A stretch of DNA of 64,000 bases from Octopus vulgaris. Taxonomy: Eukaryota. The notes beneath the pieces are model-generated. The model saw nothing but the letters and a program-made list of their open reading frames with translations, had not been told where the DNA came from and did not search any database. Both the position numbers and the translations under genes were made by a program. Positions 53,855 through 64,000 of this stretch are shown piece after piece. Each line of letters opens with the position of its first letter. Position 1 is the first letter of the stretch. Location: positions 14,880,001 to 14,944,000 of the forward strand of contig OX597821.1 in assembly GCA_951406725.2 (NCBI GenBank), written 5' to 3'.

Positions 53855-54001
53855 TGAGGTATACGTATTTAATGGCTGATTTTATTCGTTTACTTGTACC
53901 ACTTCAACACATGTTTGTTATCATTTAATAAATACATATAATGCAATGTTTACTGGCTGATGTTTGTCGATTTTATATCCTCTCCATTTTCTTATTTGCC
54001 T

Positions 54002-54033
<32 letters not shown>

Positions 54034-54537
54034 CATATATTTGCATGTATGAGTGTATGTGTGTGCATGTATGCATATGCATTCAATAATATTTTGTAAT
54101 ACATTAAATTATTACCCACCCATTTGTGTAGTGCATCTGTCTACATACAAAATCTATATGCACAATGTGGCAGAAAAATGGACAAGGTAGACTGTGGAGT
54201 TCTAACTCGTTTCATATTCTGTTACGAGAACTACAAAGCATCTGTGCATAACACAATTCTGAAATAAGGCAAACTACTGTGAGAGAAATTATGCATCATT
54301 AATTAGGAATATCCCGTGAGTAACCTTGTCCACCCTTTAATTTCTTTTATTATACTCAATATCGAAAGAACTATCAATTGAAGGTACATTTCCATACAAA
54401 CAACTTGGTATAACTAATTTTCATATTTCTCAATGATATATAAAATATGACTGAAAAAGAAATTTCCTTTCTCGCTTGTTAGAGCAAAGCTAATAATTTA
54501 ACACGTACATTCATCATGTTGAACTGCTAATCCCTAC

Positions 54538-54725
54538 ATGTTTTTTGTCTATCGTTTTTTGTTGTTGTTGTGTCTTCTTTTTTCTCTTTCAAACTTTTCT
54601 GTCGAAGAACGTAGGCTCCAAACTTCAAAGACTTTTCCATTCTTCACGAGCCTGAAACTAAAACACCTGCATGTTGTTCCTCACTTGTCTTCGTCTTTTG
54701 TTTTCTGTAAATCTGAGCTATATTT
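54538..54725 (+). mobile_element. Diverged copy of the 27629-27830 family
   Basis: 'ctgtcgaagaacgtaggctccaaacttcaaagac...tgtcttcgtcttttgttt'. Confidence 0.75.
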
Positions 54726-54770
54726 ACAATACACACACATACATACATGCACTTTATTTATATTCGTGGG

Positions 54771-54939
54771 TTAACAAGGCTACCATTGGTTTCATGCTGA
54801 GAATTCTTCTCAATTATCAAGCCTGCCACGTAGGAGGCTGATTCTCATCTGCAGTTTGGATGCGAATAACATCGTTTCATGTGGCAGGCTTGACAGTTGC
54901 TAAGAATTCTCGGTATTAAACCAAAGGTAGCCCTGTTGA
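54771..54939. other. ~55-60 bp-stem imperfect hairpin
   Basis: 54778-54831 pairs with 54879-54932. Confidence 0.85.
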
Positions 54940-55289
54940 TCCAAAAATACTGAATATTTATCGGACAATGCGATGGCATTTGAAATGTTGCCAATTTGAC
55001 TTCTATAAGTCCGTTATTTTTTTCTCCTGAACCTATTGCTCGTTTAGACAGCCATGAACTGACGTGAAGGTAAGTGCGCAGGACCGTCAGTTGACAACCT
55101 TCCTGTGCATAATACACACACATACACACGCACACACTCACACACTCTCTCTCACATATGGCATATATATTCAACGTTAAAATAAGTTATGATTATCTTT
55201 AAAAAATAATGATAAAATGGCCAGCAAGCATAATCCAAATATTCAAATACATATTAAAAGGCTGGGTACAATATGTACTTTTTTGCTTG

Positions 55290-55612
55290 AAAGAAAGATA
55301 TAAGTCTCCAAAACCACGTATCTCTCTCTATATGTAAACATGCACGGAGAATGTAGCAAATACATTTAGTAAAACGCGCACGGAAAGGTTAATATATTAA
55401 AAAAAAATAGTTTACGTAGTAAGCCTAGCTGACGAGCTTTAAGTGCCAATTCAACGCAGAAAGCAAAATCAATTGATACTGGGATATCTACCCGCCTATA
55501 TATAGTTTCACAAATTGGAAGAACCGTTTTTCTATATGTATTTGCTACATTTTCCGTGTGTGTTTACATATAGTGAGAGATGCGTGGCTTTGGAGAGTTT
55601 TACTCTTCTTTA
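55290..55612 (+). mobile_element. Fold-back element (~85 bp arms) enclosing a hammerhead motif
   Basis: 55290-55375 is inverted at 55524-55612. Confidence 0.8.
55424..55483 (+). ncRNA. Type-I hammerhead motif with a G12A substitution
   Basis: CCTAG-CTGACGA-GCTTT-(19 nt)-AAAGC-AAAA-TCAATTGA-TA-CTGGG; palindromic stem III ATCAATTGAT. Confidence 0.7.
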
Positions 55613-55642
55613 AAAAAAATAGATACATATTATACTCTGACT

Positions 55643-55647
<5 letters not shown>

Positions 55648-55726
<79 letters not shown>

Positions 55727-55782
55727 AGTATATATATATATGTATATATATATATATGTGTATGTATATATATGTGTATATA

Positions 55783-55835
<53 letters not shown>

Positions 55836-55837
55836 AG

Positions 55838-55868
<31 letters not shown>

Positions 55869-55960
55869 GTGTATGTATATATATGTGTATATATATATGT
55901 GTATATATATATGTGTATATATATGTGTATATATATGTGTATATATATATGTATATATAT
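55648..55960. repeat. Compound (TA)n/(TATG) microsatellite
   Basis: Direct reading. Confidence 0.97.
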
Positions 55961-55964
55961 AACT

Positions 55965-58540
55965 TAGAATAACTTAGAAAGGTTTTGGCCAGTATTGGCC
56001 CAGGCCATGTCTAACTTAATAGCACAATTGAGGTGAAATAATTGTGCCGTATTGTCGTTATGTGATGCGATTTAGATTTTTGTTGTGGACGGATGGCACG
56101 TGGTTCAAGCCTTGGATGTATTTTGAAGGTGTTGCCAACATCATTCGGACAGTGCTGATGGAATATTTTCCACATCATACAGATAATGTAGCCTTCACGG
56201 CGTCGTTGGAGTGAATACAGTTTCAGTTTCTCTAGTCTACCCCAGTAGTCAAGGTCTTACATGCCATCTATCTTTTTTGTGATTGACCTTTGGGGAGCTT
56301 CAATTCTCATAATATTTTGTTTTGTGTAGGGAGACCACAGTGGACAGCAGTATTCAAGGTGGGGTCGGGCAAAAGTGGAGAAGAGAAGGATAATGGTGTG
56401 GGAATCTCTCGATTGGAAGGTTCTGAGAATCCAGGAACACATTCTGCGGGCCATGTCAACTTTGCTGCTTATATGTGTAGCCCAGCTTATGTTGGAATCA
56501 TCAGCGAAGGTTCTGATGTTACTGTGTTTGATGGTGTCAGTAATATCATTTATGTAGATGATGAAGAAAAGTGGGCCCAACACAGTGTCTTGTGGGACAC
56601 CACTGCTGACTTTGGCTGGGCTGAATTTGACTCCTTCGACTACAACATGTTGGGTTCTGTTAGACAGGAAGCACTTGATCCACTGCAGCAGATTTCCAGT
56701 GACACCAATATTGGACAGCTTTCTCAAAAGGATCTTATGATCAACCCTGTCGAAGGCCTTGCTGAAATCAAGGTAGATGACATCAGTGTTGGAACCCTCT
56801 CCCAAGGCTCTCAAAATGTCATCAAAATGATGCAGTAGCTGCGTCAGGCAATCTCTTCCATTACGGAATCCATGCTGGTTGGAGTTCAGCATATTATGAC
56901 TCTCAAGGAAGTGAGTCATACGCGATCTCAGCACTCTCTCAAATACCTTAATGATATGAGAGGTGAGTGAGATTGGACGGTAATTCACGGCAAGCGATTT
57001 GTTTCCTTTTTTGAAAACTGGGACAACAGACTGGGATAGAAGGTGTTCTGGTATATATCCAGCATCCAGTGAGTTCCGCCACAGATTGGCTAGAGGGGGT
57101 GCAAGTTGGTGTTGACACATCTTCAAGACACAAGCAGGGAACTTATCGGGACCTACTGCTGAATTGTGCTTCATTTCCTTTATTGCTGATAAGATATCAG
57201 GAGCGCCAAAGATAAAGTGTATTGGGGAGTAATATCACTGATACAGCCCAGATCAGTCATATCAGGATTGCTGAAAACAGAGCAATATTGTTTCTGCAAT
57301 ATCTCTCCCATGGTTTTGGCATTGTCTTGAAGAGTACCATTTTCATCAATCAGAGGGCCAACAGTAGAACCAGTGACTCTGTGTTTTTTTGCAAATGAAA
57401 AGAACACTTTGGGATTGTGTTTGATCTTCTCAATGGCCCAGGCCTCTTCAGCTCTTCTGACTATTGATGATAAACATCATGTTGTTTTGGAGTTTATGTT
57501 TTTTAATCTCTAGCGACGAGATGGCAGTCAGGTTGGTGTGTTGCTGTTGACAGTATTTCAGCTTGTTGATTTTTTTGTTAATTCTTTTAATTTTCCTGAT
57601 GAGGGATTTTCTATTTCTAGGGATTCGACAATTAGATTTGTTTGCAGATCTTAATGTTTTGCACATATGTTAGTAATGGTGTCTACAAATGACTGCCAAG
57701 ACTTTTTGATGTTTTTGATATTAGTGGGTGGGTGTGTATGTGTGCGTGAAGGACCAATCGACTTGTGCAAGATCATTATTGATCGCTTCCCAGTTTGCAT
57801 TGTGGAAATCCATAGTGTCAAATGGATGAACAGGAGGGATGACATTTGTTTTGCATTTTGGCCGGTAAAATCTCAGATCACGGAGAACCATGTCATGATC
57901 AGAGAGTAGAGTTTTCTCCACTGCAATATTGTGGATAGTATCAGTGTGATTGATGAATATTAAGTCTAAGACGTTTTTGTGACATCTCGTTGGTTTGAGC
58001 ACCAGTTGGGACAGGAAGAAATCATCCATGAAGTCAAGAAGTGATTCCACTGCCTCCCTGTCAGGGGTTGAGAGAGAAGAACCTGGCGGCAGACTGTTTG
58101 TAGACCAGTCAACCCCGGGAAGGTTGACACTGCTGAATGAAACACTTTATGTTGTTGAGGCATTCCTTGAAGTATGGTAGGGGCGTTTGGGGTGGTCTGT
58201 AGAGCCCAACTACTGTTAAGTTGTTGGTTTGACTGAATACAGCGACTGCTTCGCAGTATCCATTGGAAAATATGTTCATAGCTTCTGTTGAGAATGAATC
58301 ATGAACATAAATGGCAGTCCCACCGTTTCTTCTGCCAGCACGATCAGCACGAATGGCTTTGAAATTTTTAACTTTCACCTCGGCTTCCAAGTGGAGGTTA
58401 CTAAGATGGGTTTCAGTGAGGACGAAGAAAGGGATGTGGTTTGGATGAGCATCGACTCAGTCCTCCAGGAATTTTATCTTCCATTTTTGAGTATTGGTGG
58501 AAGGGCTGATGCCTTGGGCATTAAGCAAAAATGTTGAGGC
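55965..58540 (-). pseudogene. CR1-group LINE ORF2 (APE endonuclease + reverse transcriptase), frameshifted
   Basis: APE motifs IRADRAGRRNGGTAIYV, VGLYRPP, PTR..NVLDLIF, LSDHDMV; RT motifs YRPISLTS, QHGFR, YLDFSKAFDRVDH, GVPQDTVLGP, FADD; C-terminal RPHLEYCCPLWSPY. Confidence 0.95.
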
Positions 58541-58559
58541 GAGAGTGGTTGGTTTTAAT

Positions 58560-59015
58560 TGTTTTGGTGTTTTGCTTATTTGTTTGCTTTTTAATGGCAT
58601 GTGCAGTAGGGTGATAGTGGTGGATGGTGGTGGGTGATAGCTCGGATGTCTTTTTCCAGTTCTTTTGCTAGATTCATTATAGCTAAAAAAGAGGAAGAAG
58701 AAGTTTCCTGTCTAGGGAACTGTAGGTGACTGTGGTTGTGGTTATCTTTATATGAGTGGTTATTTCTATATGAGTCGTAGTTTTTTTGGTTTTTATTTTT
58801 ATTTTTATTTTCATTTGTCCGACGAGTCCCGGGAGATGGGTAAAGGGACAATCCCTGTGCAAACACAATCTGTCTCGCTGGGAATAGCGGCAGATTTGGG
58901 GATTCCTTGTTAGAGATATTGGTGGTTGTGGTGGTGTTGTAATAGAGTATGTATTATGGTGGTGGCTGTTGTAGTTTGTGGGGATAGAGCGTTTTGTTCC
59001 AGGTAAATGGGTGAA
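58560..59015 (-). pseudogene. C-terminal part of LINE ORF1 (Cys/His motif), 5'-truncated
   Basis: Translation PQICRYSQRDRLCLHRDCPFTHLPG lies directly upstream of ORF2. Confidence 0.6.
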
Positions 59016-59019
59016 TTTG

Positions 59020-59186
59020 CATATATGTATATATATGTATATATATATGTATATATATGTATATATATGTATATGTATATGTATATATATATGTATATAT
59101 ATGTATATATATATATGTATATATATGTATATATATATATGTATTTATATATATGTATATATATTATATATATATGTATATATATG

Positions 59187-59255
<69 letters not shown>
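59020..59255. repeat. Compound (TA)n/(TATG) microsatellite
   Basis: Direct reading. Confidence 0.97.
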
Positions 59256-59256
<1 letters not shown>

Positions 59257-59470
59257 CGTCTTTTACACGACTGCCATGTTATGTTGGCATATAAACACTA
59301 CTATTTATGTATGCACATATACACATACATACACATATATATGTACGTATGTGTTTCCATCTCCCAAATCCACTCACAAGGCTTCGGTCGGCCCGAGGCC
59401 AAAGTTTTACGCAGTGGGACTGAAACCGGACCCATGTGATTGAGTAGCAAATTTTTACCCAATGGCCACA

Positions 59471-59528
<58 letters not shown>

Positions 59529-60106
59529 TAAATGCACACACTCACTCATACATATATCTATCCACACATATCTAGAATTGTGAAGGTGTAGAGACTAGAT
59601 AAACTATACATATATGGGTCGTCATTAATGACCCTTCTGTTACTCAATAAGGGTTGTTCTAAAATGTGCCGGTGCAGAAATTTACCCTCTATGACAATCT
59701 TTAATGTACACTTCGACACATTTAGGATCTTTCGGGTGAGCGGTCAACTCTTCACAATATCTGTGAGGCAATCAAAATATGAGCGTTATAATTATTGCAT
59801 ATACAATACACATGCCATATACAATGCAAGTGAGAAAAAAAACTGTTCTGGAATAAATATCGGGAATAATACTAATATTGAATACATACACAAATATCGA
59901 CACAAAGAATATTAGTGGAATATTCCCAATAAAACATTTTTCAAGTGTAAACATAACATGTCGGATATTGTTTGGGACAGACAAGAAAACGTATGTGCCG
60001 CCATAAAGATGAGCTGCCGTGCTGGTGTGAATATCTCTTTGAAAATCATAGAGAAAGAGGATAACTGTGGACGACTGTCTCTCAAAACCTCCAACTTCTA
60101 TATGCA

Positions 60107-60519
60107 CTCTTTTACTCTTTTACTTGTTTCAGTCATTTGACTGCGGCCATGCTGGAGCACCGCCTTTAGTCGAGCAACTCGACTCCGGGACTTATTCTTT
60201 TTGTAAGCCCAGTACTTATTCTATCGGTCTCTTTTTGCCGAACCCTAAGTGACGGGGACGTAAACACACCAGCATCGGTTGTCAAGCAATGGTAGGGGGA
60301 CAAACACAGACACACAAACACATACACACACATACATATATATATATACATATATACGACAGGCTTCTTTCAGTTTCCGTCTACCAAATCCACTCACAAG
60401 GCATTGGTCGGCCCGGGGCTATAGCAGAAGACACTTGCCCAAGATGCCATGCAGTGGAACTGAACCCGGAACCGTGTGGTTGGTTAGCAAGCTACTTACC
60501 ACACAGCCACTCCTGCGCC
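60107..60519 (-). mobile_element. SINE family A
   Basis: Reverse match to 12218-12627. Confidence 0.95.
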
Positions 60520-60993
60520 TATACAGATCATAAATTCAGATTTATACCGATAATAATTTATGCACTTGGTTTTATGTGTAAATGCCAATGTGGATAAGGT
60601 AGGGTGAAAAGCTGGAGGGGTCTTCTGGTATGGTGACAATAAATTAGGGGCTTCTGGAAAAAAACCCATCCAACTGACACGCATATTACAAATACAATCT
60701 GCAAGCGGAGCAATAAAAATGTATGAGTTTTGTATCTTTTTCTGAAACTTGCTCCTTTCTCAGAAGAATTTAATAGAAAACAGAATGTATATGCACACAC
60801 ACACATGTATACATATACATATATATATATATATATTTACACACACACACATATCCACTACATGTCTGGAAATCTGTAGGTGTGTTTGTTTTTGGCGTTG
60901 TTATCTAACTCCGATTTCATCGTTTTATCGATTTTGATGAAACTTGACACGTGAGTAGAACTCACGTCTAGAAAACGAATGACATACTTAAAT

Positions 60994-61391
60994 TCTCTTT
61001 TACTCTTTTGCTTGTTTCAGTCATTTGACTGCGTCCATGCTGGAGCACCACCTTTAGTCGAGCAAATCGACCCCAGGACTTATTCTTTGTAAGCCTAGTA
61101 CTTATTCTATCGGTCTCTTTTGCTGAACCGCTAAGTTACGGGGACGTAAACACACCAGCATCGGTTGTCAAGCAATGCTAGGGGAACAAACACAGACACA
61201 CAAACACACACACATACATATATATATACGACAGGCTTCTTTCAGTTTCCGTCTACCAAATCCACTCACAGGGCTTTGGTCGGCCCGATGCTATAGTAGA
61301 AGACATTTGCCCAAGGTGCCATGCAGTAGGACTTAACCCAGAACCATGTGGTTGGTAAGCAAGCTAGTTACTACACAGCTACTCCTGCGCT
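60994..61391 (-). mobile_element. SINE family A
   Basis: Reverse match to 12218-12627. Confidence 0.95.
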
Positions 61392-62245
61392 GCCCTTGGA
61401 AGGGATTCTCATATCTACTACATATAACTAATATATTATTTTAAAACATCCAAAGGAAATAACCCATTCGCTCCTGAAAGGGATCCTTATATATATAGGC
61501 AAGGGAAATAACCCATTCATGTTCGAAAATATTTTGTATAAATCAAACTGAGTGTGCTTAATTCTTACTATTTAAACTATTTGAGTTATTTTCGCAATTC
61601 ATCCAGTATAACGCTTAAACAAGTAAATAATATTTTCCTAAACAATAGATCCACTTATTTTGGTTAGTGACTTTTTCACGCATATAGCAACACTAGCGCT
61701 GCTGGGGGTAATATTCTCTGCAAACGCACAAAAGCCTTTTTCAGAGTTATTTACTTTGCATTGATATCTCATATGTGATTAGCCTCTTATTATGCAACAT
61801 ACTTCACGATTTTCGTATTCAAACCTTATTAGTATTTCCTCCTAAGTTCTATATACTCTGGGAACGTATTAAAGCCCTTTTCAGGGCTACACACTTGGTA
61901 TTGTTGTTACTGGATTAGCGAAACAATTATGAGAACGGAACCAAGGGATAAGCGCCGCTTTCCCGGGAATAATCGAGTACGTCAGCGAGTATATATATAT
62001 ATATATATATATATATAACAGTTGAAACACTCCTGTCACAACCTCGGACCTCGAAGACTGCCTTAATACAAGAAAGTACACTAGTCCCTTAATATTTGAT
62101 ATTCAATATTTCATCTATTCAATAAGGCAATCAATACTTCATTTCATTTTACTATATATGCTATTTATATTATATATTCTATATTCTACATTAATATTGT
62201 AAAGAATATAAATTAAAAAAAAAAACAGACAGATTTGGAATTCCT

Positions 62246-62314
<69 letters not shown>

Positions 62315-62332
62315 CATATATAAAATACACGT

Positions 62333-63197
62333 ATTAATCAAAGGACGCATTAAAGTGTCTACCCGCTAGAAATAAGAGTTAAAACCCTCATTTGTACCGC
62401 GTAAAAATATTTACACTGAAAATAACATTATATGCGTGCGAGCGAACCGAAAAAAATCTCTCGCATATAGCTTTAAGCTATATATTTAATGGAACAGGTA
62501 TATATGTGGACAGGTTTGTGGTCTGATACAAAGATCTTACCTTCCTTAGCAATTTTAAACCCTTTGAAACATCTTCCCAGTCCGCCACGTTGAAATCTGT
62601 TCGCGTCCTTAAATGTAATTTTAATTCTATAGCTATATAATGATGTTTTAGGCTTGCAACCACCTATATTGATATTTTTGTTATTATTGACTATTTGTAT
62701 TCCCTTCGATAGTAATAACAATATCAATATCTATATAAATATTCGCTTCTGAATATTTTTGCTGCTGATTAGTCCTTTTCACACTGAGGCTGTCCACAAT
62801 TTGGCGCTAAGCAATTAAGGTCAGATTTCAACGTGGTGGACTGGGAAGATGTTTCAAAGGGTTAAGATGTGCTGAAGAAGATAAGACTAGAAACCGGTCC
62901 ACATATATACCTGTTCCATTAAATATATAGCTTTATGCTATATAGGTATGTGAGAGATCTTTTCGGTTCGCTCGCCCCTATACTGTTGAATCGTTTATTT
63001 TCAGTGTAAATATTTTTGGTAGTCCAAATGAGGGTTTTAATTCTAATTTCTAGCGGTTAGACACTTTAATATGTCCTTTGATTAATGTAATTTTAATTCT
63101 ATAGCCATATAATGCTGATTTAGGCCTGCAACGAACTACATTAATATTGTTGTTCAATATCAATATCTATATAAATATTCGCTTCTGAACATTTTTG

Positions 63198-63200
<3 letters not shown>
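62333..63200 (+). mobile_element. TA-flanked element with structure revcomp(A)-B-x-A-B (inverted plus direct pseudo-LTRs)
   Basis: 62333-62599 is inverted at 62822-63086; 62613-62760 is directly repeated at 63084-63197. Confidence 0.88.
62867..62904 (+). ncRNA. Minimal hammerhead-like motif
   Basis: ATGTG-CTGAAGAA-gataagacta-GAAA-CCGG-TC-CACAT; perfect stem I, palindromic ACCGGT, GUC site; stem II eroded. Confidence 0.65.
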
Positions 63201-63270
<70 letters not shown>

Positions 63271-63372
63271 AAGTTGGTGTGTGAAAGCACGTGGTTGAAT
63301 ATATAGAAAATGGTAAAAAGTGGAAAAAATACAGAAGGTTTGTTTTAAAATAGTGTACATTTAAACACAAGC

Positions 63373-63542
63373 GAAAACTACCTTTAACAGGCAATTTTTA
63401 CATGCTAGAAGAAGCAGTCAATATGACAAAATCCACATTTAAGAGCAATTTTCGAAGGGAATGAAAACTAAAAACTTTTACCTATGTTATTTTTTGACTG
63501 CTTCTTCTAACGTGTAAAAATTACCTGTTAAAGGTAGTTTTC
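63373..63542. repeat. Fold-back with ~55 bp arms carrying the TTCTAG-hairpin motif
   Basis: 'gaaaactacctttaacaggcaatttttacatgctagaagaagcagtcaaa' is inverted at 63493-63542. Confidence 0.88.
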
Positions 63543-63629
63543 TATTTTATATTGAGAATATGTTGTCTATTGACTTTCTATTCATGCTAGGCCACTGGTG
63601 GTGAAATTTCTAAGAATATTCGCTACCCT

Positions 63630-63685
<56 letters not shown>

Positions 63686-64000
63686 TAAAAAGATATCGAT
63701 CAGCATTATAATTAAAATAGAAGAAATAAAATAGTATAATCAACCCGATTCCAATGAAAATTGATGAGTAGGTGATATCAAATAGATAGTCTAATCCATT
63801 TGTAAAGATTACTAAGCATTCATACAGTTCGTCAGTGTAATATATGACCATGTAAATGCGTTTTTCAATCAGGAAATGTAAAAATGTATGCACACTAGGA
63901 TTGTCGTTAATGAATTGCGAGTTAACTCACCGGAGATATAATTTTAAATTATATCTTCGGCGTGTTAACTTGGGATTCCTTAACGACAATGTGATCTTCA

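Noticed and set aside
55060-55080. Splice donor AAG|GTAAGT suggesting an exon
   Set aside because: Expected by chance in 64 kb; no clear acceptor or coding frame.
56290-56838. 182-aa plus-strand ORF
   Set aside because: Antisense shadow of the LINE reverse transcriptase.
59670-60100. Possible second GIY-YIG relic (CLGQTRKRMCRH)
   Set aside because: Single short motif needing frameshifts; unsupported.
61945-61990. Minus-strand CTGACG...GAAAGCGGCGCTT hammerhead-like trace
   Set aside because: Core altered and no stem I pairing found.

Overview
AT-rich, microsatellite-dense eukaryotic DNA with no recognisable host protein-coding exon. The tRNA-headed SINE families resemble those I recall from Octopus genomes, so a cephalopod intron or intergenic region is inferred, not proven. 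Almost all long ORFs are microsatellite or SINE artefacts. The real coding relics are a decayed CR1-group LINE (APE+RT, ~55.96-59.0 kb, minus), Penelope-like GIY-YIG fragments, a Merlin/ISXO2-type transposase fragment and three Tc1/mariner relics. Four non-autonomous Helitrons and roughly 40 SINE copies from four head types are also present. The most interesting signal is a set of short, mutually dissimilar non-coding elements, mostly beside (TA)n tracts, built from three recurring parts: (i) minimal type-I hammerhead ribozyme folds with palindromic stem III, several with non-canonical cores; (ii) a 3' 'TTCTAGC + hairpin' motif; (iii) fold-back or direct terminal duplications. These look like a diverse non-autonomous Penelope/retrozyme-like system. 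Other notable patterns are a complete 2x2 head/tail swap among SINEs, a SINE dimer that moved as one unit, one SINE family found only on the minus strand, and two wobble-rich hairpins. All alignments were done by eye and diverged-copy boundaries are approximate.
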